This document shows positions 34,214 to 45,812 of a DNA stretch of 64,000 nt, one piece after another. The stretch covers positions 64,001 through 128,000 of the forward strand of contig CBDFFH010000049.1 in NCBI GenBank assembly GCA_965246715.1. Direction: 5' to 3'. Source of the stretch: Chamaesiphon sp. (GTDB lineage: Bacteria; Cyanobacteriota; Cyanobacteriia; Cyanobacteriales; Chamaesiphonaceae). The notes beneath the pieces were generated by a model. The model did no database searches. It saw only the letters and a list, made by a program, of their open reading frames with translations, and was not told where the DNA came from. The position numbers and the translations under genes are program-made. Position 1 is the stretch's first letter; every line of letters begins with the position of its first letter.

Positions 34214-37069
34214 ATGGCTTCAAACGACCGAGACACCATTCGCATCCGTGGTGCGAAGCAGCACAATCTCAAGAATATTAGCCTAGAGCTACCACGCGAT
34301 CGAGCAATTGTCTTCACCGGGGTGTCTGGTTCGGGAAAATCTTCGCTGGCGTTCGACACTATTTTTGCAGAGGGACAGCGGCGGTACGTTGAGTCTCTAA
34401 GTGCCTACGCGCGGCAATTCTTGGGACAATTGGATAAGCCGGATGTCGATGCGATCGAAGGTTTGAGTCCGGCAATCTCGATCGATCAAAAATCTACTTC
34501 CAATAATCCCCGATCGACTGTCGGTACGGTTACTGAAATTTACGATTATTTTCGATTATTATTTGGGCGTGCTGGTACACCGCATTGTCCGCATTGCGAG
34601 CGATCTATTGCGCCCCAAACGATCGATGAAATGAGCGATCGGATTCGCAATTTGCCAGAACGAACTAAGTTTCAGATTTTAGCACCGATCGTCAGGGGCA
34701 AAAAAGGTACGCATCAAAAGGTGTTGTCGAGCCTGACATCCGAAGGATTCGTACGCGTTCGTGTTGATGGTGAAGTCCGCGAATTAGGCGATCGAATCGT
34801 CTTAGATAAAAATCAAAGTCATACCGTTGAAATTGTGGTCGATCGATTGGTAAATAAGGAAGGAATCGAATCGCGATTGTCTGATTCTTTGACTACTTGT
34901 TTGCGGCATGGTGAAGGAATTGCCATTATCTCAATTATTAAAGATGAAGCCGATCCAAATAACTCAGATTTACCAAATGAATTAGTCTTTTCTGAGAAAT
35001 TCGCTTGTCCCGAACATGGGGCGGTGATGGAAGAATTATCGCCGCGATTGTTTTCGTTTAACTCGCCTTACGGCGCTTGTTCGGCTTGTCATGGCATTGG
35101 CAGTTCGCGCACGTTCGATCCAGAATTAATCGTTCCCGATCCGGATGCTTCGGTATATCATGCGATCGCCCCGTGGTCGGATAAGGATACCTCTTATTAT
35201 TTGTCGCTATTATATAGCTTGGGACAGGCAGCCGGTTTTGCCTTAGATACGCCGTGGAAGAAACTTACTCCCGAACAGCAAGCCCTGGTTTTATACGGTC
35301 GCGATGAGCCGATTTGGATGGAAGATGTGGACGACCATCGCCGCTTTAAAGGGGTGGTAAAAATCCTCGATCGCCAGTACAATGATGCCTCAGAATTGCA
35401 GAAACAAAAGCTCGAACAGTACTTAACAGATCGACCTTGTGAAGTGTGCAGCGGTAAACGCCTAAAAGCAGAAGCTCGATCGGTTAAGTTGGGACAATAT
35501 GGGATTCTTGATTTTACTAATGTTGCGATCGATGAATGTCTCGATCGAATTCATCAATTAAAACTCACCGATAAACAAGCAAAAATCGGCGAACTCGTTC
35601 TCAAAGAAATCATCGCTAGATTGCAATTTTTGCTCGACGTGGGATTAGATTATTTGACACTCGATCGGGCAGCGATGACACTTTCAGGTGGTGAAGCGCA
35701 ACGAATTCGGCTAGCAACCCAAATCGGTTCCGGTTTAACTGGAGTATTATATGTCCTCGACGAGCCGAGTATCGGTTTGCACCAACGGGATAATGGCCGA
35801 CTTTTGAAAACACTGACGAAATTACGCGACTTGGGGAACACGCTAATCATCGTCGAACATGATGAAGATACCATCCGGGCTGCTGATTATATCGTCGATA
35901 TCGGCCCTGGTGCTGGGGTAAATGGCGGTAATATCGTCTGTCAGGGAGATCTGCAAACGCTCCTCGATTCCGCAGATTCGATCACTGGGGCATATTTATC
36001 GGGGAGACTGGGAATCCAGACACCAACAGTCCGCCGCGAGGGCAATGGACGCAGTTTGGTATTAAAAAATGCTTGTCGGAACAATCTCAATCATCTCGAT
36101 GTTGAGTTTCCCTTGGGCAAATTAGTCGCGGTTACTGGTGTCTCCGGTTCGGGGAAATCGACTTTAATCAACGAACTTCTTCACCCTGCCTTACAACATC
36201 ACCTCACCAAGCGGGTACCATTTCCCAAAGATGTGGACGAACTCCAAGGCATCGGCGCGATCGATAAAGTCATTATCATCGATCAATCACCGATCGGGCG
36301 CACCCCGCGATCGAATCCCGTCACTTATACAGGCGTATTCGACACCATCCGCGAAGTTTTCACCCAAACCATCGAAGCCAAAACGCGCGGCTATAAAGCT
36401 GGACAATTTTCCTTCAACGTCAAAGGTGGACGCTGCGAAGCCTGTAGCGGACAAGGCGTAAACATCATCGAGATGAACTTCCTCCCCGATGTCTACGTGC
36501 AATGCGATGTCTGTAAAGGCGAGCGCTACAACCGCGAAACTCTCCAAGTTAAATATAAGGGTAAATCGATCGCCGATGTCCTAAATATGACCGTCGAAGA
36601 AGGTTTAGACTTCTTTCAAAATATCCCCCGCGCCTCCACCAGGCTACAAACGCTGGTAGATGTCGGCTTAGGCTACGTCAAACTCGGACAAACCGCCCCC
36701 ACACTCTCTGGTGGCGAAGCCCAACGCGTCAAACTCGCCACCGAACTCTCCAAACGTGCCACTGGCAAAACCTTGTATCTGATCGACGAACCCACCACGG
36801 GACTCTCATTTTACGATGTTCACAAGCTCCTAGACGTGCTGCAAAGACTAGTAGATAAGGGAAACTCCATTATCGTCATCGAACACAATCTCGACGTGAT
36901 TCGCTGCTCCGACTGGACGATCGATCTCGGCCCCGAAGGTGGTAATAAAGGGGGAGAATTAGTAGCAATGGGGACACCGGAACAGGTGGCGAAAAATTCG
37001 GTTTCGCATACAGGGAAATATCTGAAGCAAGTGTTGAAGCAGCATTTAACCCAAGCAATCGCCACCTAG
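34214..37069 (+). CDS. uvrA: Excinuclease ABC subunit A
   Basis: IRIRGAKQHNLKNI, two GVSGSGKS Walker A motifs, zinc-finger CxxC pairs, LSGGEAQR twice; ATG at 34214. Confidence 0.98.
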   Translation: MASNDRDTIRIRGAKQHNLKNISLELPRDRAIVFTGVSGSGKSSLAFDTIFAEGQRRYVESLSAYARQFLGQLDKPDVDAIEGLSPAISIDQKSTSNNPRSTVGTVTEIYDYFRLLFGRAGTPHCPHCERSIAPQTIDEMSDRIRNLPERTKFQILAPIVRGKKGTHQKVLSSLTSEGFVRVRVDGEVRELGDRIVLDKNQSHTVEIVVDRLVNKEGIESRLSDSLTTCLRHGEGIAIISIIKDEADPNNSDLPNELVFSEKFACPEHGAVMEELSPRLFSFNSPYGACSACHGIGSSRTFDPELIVPDPDASVYHAIAPWSDKDTSYYLSLLYSLGQAAGFALDTPWKKLTPEQQALVLYGRDEPIWMEDVDDHRRFKGVVKILDRQYNDASELQKQKLEQYLTDRPCEVCSGKRLKAEARSVKLGQYGILDFTNVAIDECLDRIHQLKLTDKQAKIGELVLKEIIARLQFLLDVGLDYLTLDRAAMTLSGGEAQRIRLATQIGSGLTGVLYVLDEPSIGLHQRDNGRLLKTLTKLRDLGNTLIIVEHDEDTIRAADYIVDIGPGAGVNGGNIVCQGDLQTLLDSADSITGAYLSGRLGIQTPTVRREGNGRSLVLKNACRNNLNHLDVEFPLGKLVAVTGVSGSGKSTLINELLHPALQHHLTKRVPFPKDVDELQGIGAIDKVIIIDQSPIGRTPRSNPVTYTGVFDTIREVFTQTIEAKTRGYKAGQFSFNVKGGRCEACSGQGVNIIEMNFLPDVYVQCDVCKGERYNRETLQVKYKGKSIADVLNMTVEEGLDFFQNIPRASTRLQTLVDVGLGYVKLGQTAPTLSGGEAQRVKLATELSKRATGKTLYLIDEPTTGLSFYDVHKLLDVLQRLVDKGNSIIVIEHNLDVIRCSDWTIDLGPEGGNKGGELVAMGTPEQVAKNSVSHTGKYLKQVLKQHLTQAIAT

Positions 37070-37142
37070 CTCGGCTCTCGATCGACAATTTATAGATAGA
37101 ATCAACCTAGGCAAAGCCAAAATCGTAAAATATCAAATTATT

Positions 37143-37277
37143 ATGAAAGCATACGAACTACCAGCAAGAATCGCCTCATCAGGGAATATAGAGATTCTAA
37201 ATTTGAATTCAATAGAAATTTCGATCGGATCGAAGATTAAGGTAAAATTGGCAAGACAAATTTTTGAGCACAACTAA
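37143..37277 (+). pseudogene. Short ORF remnant (MKAYELPARIASSGNIEI...), possibly a truncated antitoxin-like small protein
   Basis: 44-aa ORF below track cutoff in an AT-rich degraded region. Confidence 0.3.
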
Positions 37278-37606
37278 ACCAGAAAATCGGCTTCAAACAG
37301 TTCAACTTAAGGACAATTAGCATCAAATAGACACAAGAATTCTATCACCAGCCTAAATTCAGTACAAGTCAACTACTTCACGACCCTGTAATCGGCTTAA
37401 AATCTGATAGCATTCTCTGGAACCCACATTCCGCTAGTCCAAGCGATCGAAAAATAATTAAAACGAAGCCATAGGAGCGTAGCAGTTATATTCTCAATAA
37501 GCTCAGACTATTGAGAACAATCTCTCGATCGCTAAAAAGAAACTAAATCGCTAGAAAGCTTGATGTAAAAGGATTCTGAATCTTATTGTTTTTTAGGCGA
37601 TCGAAC

Positions 37607-37924
37607 TAGTACTGAGCGGCTCAAATAGAGTTACTATTTAGGAAAGAACTTCAGGAGGCCAGAAAGATAGTGCCCCGACTAAGTGCAGAGCCAATTGAAC
37701 TGAATGAATTAGAGCGAAAAGAACTAGCACATTTGCTCAAAAAACCGAGTACGCCACAACAAATAGCCCTGCGAGCCAAAATAGTGCTACAAGCAGATAA
37801 ACAAGAAAGTCATGGGGAAATCGCCAAAGAATTGGGCATCAGTAAGAAGATGAGCCGTCTGTGGCGACGAAGAGGGCGAGAACTGACCGCAAAACAAGTG
37901 CCAGTGCTTGAAAGATTGCTATAG
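37607..37924 (+). pseudogene. IS630-family transposase 5' remnant (HTH only) with probable left end
   Basis: ORF 37670-37924 ALRAKIVL...IAKELGISKKMSRLWRRR stops before any DDE domain; TA-GTACTGAGCGGC end at 37607; AGGAGG RBS. Confidence 0.75.
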
Positions 37925-38174
37925 ATCCCTCTTTTATTACTCTCGCCAGAAGATTAAATTTGCTTTCGATCGAATATCGTTTGCTGTCTAAGGTTTGAGA
38001 GCTAATTTCTAACATTTTAGAATTGGGGGCGGTGAAAATTGAAACTGTTAGTAATTAAGCTCTCGATCGCTTGCGTGAAGACATCTCTATCGATCGAGAG
38101 CGATTTTACCTTTCCTGGAGTGATAAAAGAAAGAAGATAATAAAAAGCATGAAACTGAGGAGTTGAAATAATAT

Positions 38175-38200
38175 GTAGGGTGGGCATTGCCCACCACCTA
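38175..38200. repeat. REP-like hairpin GTAGGGTGGGCATTGCCCACC
   Basis: Inverse-oriented copy GGTGGGCACTGCCCACCCTAC at 58141-58161. Confidence 0.7.
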
Positions 38201-38244
38201 GATTTTAGGATTTTTTAATGTTATAAATATTTACGCCAACCTAC

Positions 38245-39129
38245 TTAAGAGATAAAATCTAAGATTGCAGTTGCGGTAGCTTGCACTTTTTCTAAATGGG
38301 GAACGTGGCCACAATTTTCGATCCATTGCAGTCGAGAGTTAGGTAAATTCCCGCTAAATAATCGTGCTGGTTTAGTGCCTAAAATTCGATCGCGATCGCC
38401 CCACAAAATCAAAGTTTCTTGCTGAATCTCTGACAATCGATCGATAATATAGCCATAGCCACCGCTCCGCGTAAACGCAATTAAAGCTTCGCTCCAGTGT
38501 GGCATTTCTAGATGCAAAGCCGCACATACTAGCGAGTCATCCGTTACGAAAGATCGATCGACATAAGCTTTTTCGCTCACACTTTTCCGCACGTTAGGAG
38601 TAGATAAAAATTTAGTTGCTAACGCACCTAAAGGCTGGATTAAAAATTTCCCGATCGCAGGTGGTTGAGTATATCCGGCACTATCGATGAGAATCAGTTG
38701 ATGGACTACTTCGGGATGTGCGAGGGTAAATTCGATCGCGGCGGCTCCACCCATCGATACGCCAACTAAAATCATCGGTTGGTGGATTAATTGCTCCCAA
38801 GTTGCATACAGATGAGTTTGGATACTTTTCGTACTAAACTGACAAGTTGGCCACCGTTCGGTAAACCCAAATCCCAATAAATCGATCGCCCAAACTTGTT
38901 GTTTTGTAGCAATTAACGGGACGATTCGCCGAAACTCAAAAATCGAACTATCGAATCCATGTAAAAACACGATCGGTATTCTACCCTCACCTTGCCGGAC
39001 ATAGCTGGTAGCAATTGGTTGAGGGAGTAATGGTGTTGCGATCTCCACCCGCTGAATCTGCTTGGCAAATTCGATCGAATCTGGCTCTGTCAGTCGCTCG
39101 ACACTAGTAGGTAAAAAGTCAGGAAACAA
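38245..39129 (-). CDS. Alpha/beta fold hydrolase
   Basis: LHGFDSS, GVSMGG, CGHVPHLE. Confidence 0.9.
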   Translation of the reverse strand: MFPDFLPTSVERLTEPDSIEFAKQIQRVEIATPLLPQPIATSYVRQGEGRIPIVFLHGFDSSIFEFRRIVPLIATKQQVWAIDLLGFGFTERWPTCQFSTKSIQTHLYATWEQLIHQPMILVGVSMGGAAAIEFTLAHPEVVHQLILIDSAGYTQPPAIGKFLIQPLGALATKFLSTPNVRKSVSEKAYVDRSFVTDDSLVCAALHLEMPHWSEALIAFTRSGGYGYIIDRLSEIQQETLILWGDRDRILGTKPARLFSGNLPNSRLQWIENCGHVPHLEKVQATATAILDFIS

Positions 39130-39144
39130 GGGATAAATTGTGAA

Positions 39145-40902
39145 TTAACTAAAACTACTAATCGCACCAGAATAAATCAGACCTTTTTGGATGTCGAGCG
39201 TAATCACTGTGCCGCTACGGATCGTACTAGTGGCATTCTTGACACCGACTATTACAGGGATATCCAAGCGCAAACCCAATACTGCTGCATGACTAGTCAT
39301 TCCCTCTTCTTCGACGACAATTGCCGCAGCCTTGCGAATGGCATCTAGATACTCAGCATTAGTTTTTGTCGCAATCAGAATATCTCCTTTATTAAAGTGG
39401 GCGACATCTTGAGCTGTGCGTGCAACATAGGCGGCACCAGTTACCAATCCGTGGCCGATCCCGATCCCTTGACCCAAAATCGCCGTGACGACTTCAACCT
39501 TAACTAAGTCAGTAGAGCCAGCTACCCCTTGGGTACCAGAAGTGATCACCACGAGATCGCCTTCTTGCAGTAGATTGGTTTGCTTGGCCATCTCGATCGC
39601 AGCTTGGAAATTATCGTTGACATTGGGTAAATCGAGCAGGAGCATCGGTTGAACTCCCCAAACGAGCTGTAGTCGCCGCGCCACATCTACATGCGGTGTG
39701 ACGGCGAGAATCGGCTTGGATGGGCGGAATTTGGACACGCTGCGGGCAGTCGCTCCGGTTTTGGTGAAGGGGATGATGGCGGCGGCTCCGAGTTGTTCGG
39801 CGATATTACCGACGGCTTCGCTGATGGCATTGGGAATCGATCGCTTGTTGTCTTCCCAGCGGCGGGAGAGTTTTTCTTTTTCAGTTTCTAAGGCGATTTT
39901 GGCCATCGTTTCGACAGCTTCGATCGGATAGATACCGACAGCGGTTTCGTTCGAGAGCATGACGGCATCAGTACCGTCCAGAATCGCATTGGCTACGTCC
40001 GAAATTTCGGCGCGAGTACCACGGGGGTTATTCACCATACTATCGAGCATTTGGGTAGCCGTAATAATCGGAATCCCCAACCGATTGGCGGTGGCGATTA
40101 ATTGTTTCTGAATTCTGGGGACTTGTTCGGCGGGTAATTCTACACCCAAGTCGCCGCGTGCTACCATCACCCCATCGCAGAGGATCAGGATTTCTTCCAT
40201 TTGTTCGATCGCCTCATGTTTCTCGATCTTGGCGATTACGGGGGTTTCTTTGCCAGCATTGGCAATAAGTTCTTTAATTTCGAGGATGTCGGCGGGGTTG
40301 CGGACGAAGCTGAGAGCAACCCAATCGACACCCTGATCCAATCCAAACATCAAGTCTTGACGGTCTTTGTCGGTGAGCGCCTTGATCGAGAGATAGACCC
40401 CAGGGAAATTTACCCCTTTGCTATTGGACAATGGCCCGCCCACGACTACTTTGCAGTGCAATTCATGAGTAGTGGTATCGACTGCGGTGACTACCATCTC
40501 GACCTTACCGTCATCAAGCAGGATCGTCGAACCGACAGGGACTTCTTCAGCAAGCGTATCGTAGGTAACAGAACTAATCGTCTGGGTACCTGGGATAATC
40601 TTGCTCGTCAGTGTGAACGGATCGCCGTTTTTGACGACGATCGAGCCATCGGCAAATTTCCCTAGGCGAATTTTTGGCCCTTGTAAATCTTGGAGGATTC
40701 CAACAGGCTGATTGAGTTCAAACGAGATTTGCCGAATCAGCCGAATATTTGCCAAATGGTCGTCGTGAGTCCCATGTGAAAAATTGAGGCGGAGAGTTGT
40801 CGCTCCAGCTTGAATTAGTTTTTTTAGGACTTCAGGACTACTAGTTGCAGGGCCGATGGTAGCAACGATCTTAGTTCGGCGGAGGGAATCTCGCAATTGC
40901 AT
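39145..40902 (-). CDS. pyk: Pyruvate kinase with C-terminal PEP-utiliser swivel domain
   Basis: RRTKIVATIGPA, RLNFSHG, DLQGPKIR, MVARGDLGVE, TATQMLDSM; C-terminal TSHAAV. Confidence 0.97.
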   Translation of the reverse strand: MQLRDSLRRTKIVATIGPATSSPEVLKKLIQAGATTLRLNFSHGTHDDHLANIRLIRQISFELNQPVGILQDLQGPKIRLGKFADGSIVVKNGDPFTLTSKIIPGTQTISSVTYDTLAEEVPVGSTILLDDGKVEMVVTAVDTTTHELHCKVVVGGPLSNSKGVNFPGVYLSIKALTDKDRQDLMFGLDQGVDWVALSFVRNPADILEIKELIANAGKETPVIAKIEKHEAIEQMEEILILCDGVMVARGDLGVELPAEQVPRIQKQLIATANRLGIPIITATQMLDSMVNNPRGTRAEISDVANAILDGTDAVMLSNETAVGIYPIEAVETMAKIALETEKEKLSRRWEDNKRSIPNAISEAVGNIAEQLGAAAIIPFTKTGATARSVSKFRPSKPILAVTPHVDVARRLQLVWGVQPMLLLDLPNVNDNFQAAIEMAKQTNLLQEGDLVVITSGTQGVAGSTDLVKVEVVTAILGQGIGIGHGLVTGAAYVARTAQDVAHFNKGDILIATKTNAEYLDAIRKAAAIVVEEEGMTSHAAVLGLRLDIPVIVGVKNATSTIRSGTVITLDIQKGLIYSGAISSFS

Positions 40903-41392
40903 GAAGTTACAGTCAAAGGAGCAAAGAGTTTATAGAGGGTGGTAATCTTGGCTTAGCTGATGCTTTGCTCTCAAGGCACACCATTTAGCGATCGAGTTTG
41001 ACCTGCGTTATCGATCGGGCGGATGCATCGCGATCGGTCACAGATAACACAGGATGGTACCACAGAACCGTTGCCAGTTATCGGCAATCTGAGAATTAGT
41101 TTGGGGCCGATGGCGGCTGGCGATCGTTCGAGCACAAATTGTTACTAAATTACAGAGATAATCTGAGACAATATGTCAGTTCATCGTCGATCTTGGGGAT
41201 TAATAGTTTTACAGGAGAAAATAGCCCGATCTCCAATGTCTAAATCCATTTTCTCAACACCGATTCGGTGCTTAGTAATCTCAACCGATGATATGCCCTC
41301 AGACTGCTGACGCAATACCGATAGTCGATCGCACCCCTCAACAACACCAAAAGTCGTTCAGTCGTTCGCCGATAACTGAGATCGAATCACAC

Positions 41393-43492
41393 ATGACAAT
41401 CGGACACCCACCGCATCATCCGCCCCTAGTCCTCATCGTTGACGATGATGATTTGGTCAGATCGTTACTGCACGAGAAAATGAGGATCGATGGCTACCAA
41501 GTCGCCACAGCTTGTAATGGTGAAGAAGCACTGATTACCTATCGAGAAGTGCAGCCAGATATCGTGTTGATGGATGGGGTGATGCCAGGGATGGATGGGT
41601 TTGAATGCTGCGAACGCTTGCAACAGCTACCTGGTGGCGATCTGACCCCAGTATTGATGATCACTGGATTGGATGATAGCGGTTCGCTCGATCGAGCTTA
41701 TGAGGTAGGTGCTGCCGATTATATTACCAAACCGATTCACTGGGCAGTGTTGCGCCAACGCGTCAAGCGCATCCTCAACCAATCGCAATTATATCGGGAG
41801 CTAGAAGCCTCAAACTTAGCTCTACGTCAGACAGCAGAGCAACTTCAGAGCCAGAATCATCTGCTCGAACAGTCCAAAAAAGTCGCAGAATCAGCGAATA
41901 AAGCTAAAAGCGCGTTTTTGGCAGCTATGAGTCACGAAATTCGCACACCCATGAATGGGGTGATCGGCATGACGGGGTTGCTATTAGATACCGAACTAAC
42001 GCCCCAACAGCATGAATTTGTCAGTACGATCCGGCATAGTGGCGATGCGCTACTAACCCTCATCAATGATATTCTGGACTTTTCCAAAATCGAATCGGGC
42101 AAGCTCGAACTAGATTATCAACCATTTGACATCCGCGACTGTATCGAAGAAACGCTCGATCTGTTGGCTCCTAAAGCAGCTGAAAAAAATCTCGAACTTG
42201 CTTATTTAATCTATAAGAATACTCCGAGTTGGATCGTTGGTGATGTCACTAGAATCAGACAAATTTTGGTTAATTTAGTTGGTAATGGCCTAAAATTTAC
42301 CAATTCCGGTGAAGTGGTCGTCGGCGTAACCGCGAGAAAAATTACCCCGATCGATGAAGACCCAATCGTCAGTGCCGACTGCCCGACTTATGAGGTCAGA
42401 TTCGTTGTTAAAGATACTGGCATCGGTATTCCGCAAGATAAGATCGATCGACTATTTAAAGCTTTCAGTCAAGTCGATTCTTCGACTACCCGTAATTATG
42501 GAGGGACGGGTTTAGGACTGATCATCAGTCGGCGACTGACCGAATTAATGGGTGGACGGATGTGGGTAGAGAGTAATGGCGAGAGTGGATCGAGCTTCTT
42601 TTTTACGATTATGGCCAAAGCTGCGCCAAGATTGCATCACGATCGTCAGCAGGAGCAACAAAAGACTGAAAAACTTCAAGGCAAGCGCTTATTAATTGTC
42701 GAAGATAACTCCACCCATCGTAAAATTTTGGCGCTTCAAGCTCAGTCTTGGGGAATGTTATCGCATCCTACAGAATCCGGAGCCGAGGCTCTCAAATTAC
42801 TAAATCTACGCGGTCATTTCGATCTGGCAATTTTGGATATGCAAATGCCTGGAATGGACGGTCTCAGACTCGCTCAAGAAATTCGGAAAATTCCCGAATA
42901 TAAAAAGTTACCGTTGGTAATGCTCAGCTCGTTGAGTATCAGCCGGATGGAAATTGAGGCGGCACAAGTTGATTTTGCGGCAATTTTAAATAAACCGATC
43001 AAACAATTTCAACTCCAAGATGTCCTCTCACATATTTTAGGCGATCGAGCCGATCTCGAGATGGTTACACCCAGACTAAAACCATCTAACTACGATCTTT
43101 ATCAACCGACATTTCCGTTACGCATTCTCTTGGCTGAAGATAATCTGGTCAACCAAAAAGTTGCCATCCACATCTTAAAGCGCATCGGTTACCAAGCTGA
43201 TATTGCCATCAATGGCTTGGAAGTGCTCGAACTGCTCAAGCATAATACTTATGATGTGATCCTGATGGATTTACAGATGCCCAAAATGGACGGTTTAGAA
43301 GCAACGCGGCGAATTTTTGCCGAATTCCCCGAACATCGCTGTCCGACAATTATTGCGATGACTGCCAATGCTCTAGAATGCGACAAGCAAGACTGTCTCG
43401 CTGCGGGGATGTATGACTACGTAACTAAACCCGTGAAGGTCGAACAGTTAGCGCTCGCACTGAGCCAGTGTCAGCCGTTATTATTGGTGTGA
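41393..43492 (+). CDS. Soluble hybrid histidine kinase (REC-HisKA-HATPase-REC-REC)
   Basis: LIVDDD...[23 protein letters not shown] and GGTGLGL boxes; two C-terminal receiver domains; start uncertain (41288 or 41393). Confidence 0.92.
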   Translation: MTIGHPPHHPPLVLIVDDDDLVRSLLHEKMRIDGYQVATACNGEEALITYREVQPDIVLMDGVMPGMDGFECCERLQQLPGGDLTPVLMITGLDDSGSLDRAYEVGAADYITKPIHWAVLRQRVKRILNQSQLYRELEASNLALRQTAEQLQSQNHLLEQSKKVAESANKAKSAFLAAMSHEIRTPMNGVIGMTGLLLDTELTPQQHEFVSTIRHSGDALLTLINDILDFSKIESGKLELDYQPFDIRDCIEETLDLLAPKAAEKNLELAYLIYKNTPSWIVGDVTRIRQILVNLVGNGLKFTNSGEVVVGVTARKITPIDEDPIVSADCPTYEVRFVVKDTGIGIPQDKIDRLFKAFSQVDSSTTRNYGGTGLGLIISRRLTELMGGRMWVESNGESGSSFFFTIMAKAAPRLHHDRQQEQQKTEKLQGKRLLIVEDNSTHRKILALQAQSWGMLSHPTESGAEALKLLNLRGHFDLAILDMQMPGMDGLRLAQEIRKIPEYKKLPLVMLSSLSISRMEIEAAQVDFAAILNKPIKQFQLQDVLSHILGDRADLEMVTPRLKPSNYDLYQPTFPLRILLAEDNLVNQKVAIHILKRIGYQADIAINGLEVLELLKHNTYDVILMDLQMPKMDGLEATRRIFAEFPEHRCPTIIAMTANALECDKQDCLAAGMYDYVTKPVKVEQLALALSQCQPLLLV

Positions 43493-43558
43493 TCGCCCCA
43501 ACCTTTGTGGGTTTCGATCGCTGCCATAATTAAAATTAGACTTACAACCGATCGATTT

Positions 43559-43960
43559 ATGTCTTTTTGTTATGACTATACGGTACAGTTTCGGGATACC
43601 GACGCGGCAGGAGTCGTGTATTTTGCCAGTATATTATCGATTTGCCATATAGCTTATGAAGCATCTTTAGTTGAGTCAGGAATCGAGCTAAGATCGTTTG
43701 TGAGCAATTCTGAATTTGCTGTACCGATCGCTCATGTATCTGCTGATTTTTTTAGACCATTATATTGTGGCGATCGAATTAATATCGAACTCACATCTAC
43801 TTGCGTCGATGAGTATAAATTTGAGATCGCCTATCGAGTTTTCATGAGCGAACGAGTTGCTGCTACAGTCACGACCAGACATGTGGCGATCGAGCCTCAA
43901 CTCAGAAAGCGGCGGGAGTTGCCAGAATCGATCGTTCATTGGCTTGCCCAGTGGAACTAA
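43559..43960 (+). CDS. Hotdog-fold thioesterase, probably DHNA-CoA thioesterase of phylloquinone pathway
   Basis: DTDAAGVVYFA 4HBT motif; adjacent to menE; ATG at 43559. Confidence 0.8.
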   Translation: MSFCYDYTVQFRDTDAAGVVYFASILSICHIAYEASLVESGIELRSFVSNSEFAVPIAHVSADFFRPLYCGDRINIELTSTCVDEYKFEIAYRVFMSERVAATVTTRHVAIEPQLRKRRELPESIVHWLAQWN

Positions 43961-45315
43961 TAGTTACTTAAATTCGCTCGAGCAGATATCTCTCGTGCTA
44001 GTAATTCTACTGCATCGATCGAGATTTTACCGAGTGAGTTACGGGGAATTTGGGATACTTTCAGCCAGTGTTTGGGGATCTTATATTTACTCAGCTTACC
44101 GGAGATCGCATTGACTAGTCGCTCTTGTGAAACTGGAAAGTCACCCTCTACATATACAGCAGCAACTACCTGTCCCCAATAAGGATCGGGTAAACCGACT
44201 ACCCATGTATCTATGACTAATCCGGTTGCCATAATTGCGTTGACAACCTCGATCGGAAACACATTTTCACCGCCTGTGATAATTTTGCCACTATTGCGCC
44301 CGACGATCGTTAAATATCCGCGATCGTCGATTATTCCCAGATCGTCAGGGTCGAAATATTGGGTTGGATCTAGATCTGGAAAATATCCCAGCATTAGCGA
44401 TTTAGCCTTAATTTGAATCGTGCCTACACCATCATCTCCAGGAGATCGCGTGCTAATTTTCGCATGAGATAAAACTCTGCCACAACTATTATTACCATCT
44501 AAAAATTCTGTTGGTTTGAGGCTGGTAATTTGTGATGCTGTTTCTGTCATCCCATAGGTTAAAGCTAGGGGAAGTCTAGAATTTCTCGATCGACTTAATA
44601 AGTCTAGACTGGGTGGTGCGCCGCCGAGTAAGATCGTTTTAAATCCAGTTAGCCAAATTGAATCTAATTCTAATAATTTATGTAATTGAGTGGGTACGAG
44701 CGAGATAAAATAACGATCGCGATCGATTTGATGGAGAAGTTTCGAAGTGATATAAAGCTGATGATAGTCGATAATTAATATCTTGCCATCAGTCAATAGC
44801 GATCTCATGAGTTGCATCAAACCACTGACATGATGCAGCGGTAAAACGCAGACGCAGTTAATTTTAGCTACTGCATAAAACTCTTGAAATCCCCAGACAG
44901 AAGCACTCAAAGTTCTCCAGGTATGAGTGGCAAATTTGACTGCTCCCGACGAGCCACCAGTCGGAATCATGATGCAATGACGATGGCAATCTCGATCGAC
45001 TTTGGCGGTTAAATTATTAACTCGTTCCCACTCTACCTTTCCCCAGTGAGGATCGCAGAGAAAAAGTGGAATACCCAGGCGTAATCCAGCTATGAATTCA
45101 GCGATAAACTCGATCGGATCGCAGGTGGAGATCGCGATAAAACTGGGTGAAGATTGGGTGAATTCGGCTAATTTTCGCTCGGTAAGATCGATCGCAATTT
45201 TACCATTAACAGCTACCAACCATCCAGCCTGTAATCGTTGGCAAAATAATTGATAAATCTGTTCAGCCAAAACTTCGCGCGCTAACGGATTGTCGATCGG
45301 GCGATCTTGTTGCAA
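43957..45315 (-). CDS. menE: O-succinylbenzoate-CoA ligase
   Basis: PTGGSSG, LPLHHVSGLMQ, TYGMTETASQ, IITGGENV, YKIPK. Confidence 0.85.
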   Translation of the reverse strand: MQQDRPIDNPLAREVLAEQIYQLFCQRLQAGWLVAVNGKIAIDLTERKLAEFTQSSPSFIAISTCDPIEFIAEFIAGLRLGIPLFLCDPHWGKVEWERVNNLTAKVDRDCHRHCIMIPTGGSSGAVKFATHTWRTLSASVWGFQEFYAVAKINCVCVLPLHHVSGLMQLMRSLLTDGKILIIDYHQLYITSKLLHQIDRDRYFISLVPTQLHKLLELDSIWLTGFKTILLGGAPPSLDLLSRSRNSRLPLALTYGMTETASQITSLKPTEFLDGNNSCGRVLSHAKISTRSPGDDGVGTIQIKAKSLMLGYFPDLDPTQYFDPDDLGIIDDRGYLTIVGRNSGKIITGGENVFPIEVVNAIMATGLVIDTWVVGLPDPYWGQVVAAVYVEGDFPVSQERLVNAISGKLSKYKIPKHWLKVSQIPRNSLGKISIDAVELLAREISARANLSNY

Positions 45316-45461
45316 GCTAAATCTGACTCCCAGATATTTTGATAAAAAATTACCCCCAACTACTTACTTACACGATTGTAGAAGAGGGAATAGGAGATAT
45401 AAAGTTGAGTAAACGAGATATAGAGGTGCATCAAAAAGCACATAGAACAGTGGGCAACTGA

Positions 45462-45806
45462 CTAATCAGCGTCTTTACTGACTACTTGGGGTAAACCCAT
45501 GCTGTAATTTAACACCCTACTGTCGAGATTATAGCCGATCTCGCCTTTTTGGAGAAGCGATCGCACGAAATGTTCGAGATCCGAGCCGATCCGTCGCAGA
45601 TTATATTCTGTCAAATCAGCTCCGCTGTAAGATTCTACCAAATCGTCGAATTGCCCATATACTTTCCGCAGCGCGTCTTCGCTCCAGACTAATTCGTTAT
45701 CTGGATCTACATCCAAAGTTAATGCTTGTTCGCTGGGAATTAGTTCGTTATTTGTGACTTCGGCAGTATAAATATGAATGTGACGGGTAGTAGATTTTAG
45801 TAACAT
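45462..45806 (-). CDS. ndhM: NDH-1 subunit M
   Basis: MLLKSTTRHIHI...LTLDVDPDNE...EYNLRRIGSDLE...NYSMGLP. Confidence 0.95.
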   Translation of the reverse strand: MLLKSTTRHIHIYTAEVTNNELIPSEQALTLDVDPDNELVWSEDALRKVYGQFDDLVESYSGADLTEYNLRRIGSDLEHFVRSLLQKGEIGYNLDSRVLNYSMGLPQVVSKDAD

Positions 45807-45812
45807 GCGGGA

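Noticed and set aside
37500..38110. AT-rich segments resembling a CRISPR leader
   Set aside because: No repeat-spacer array or cas gene anywhere in the window
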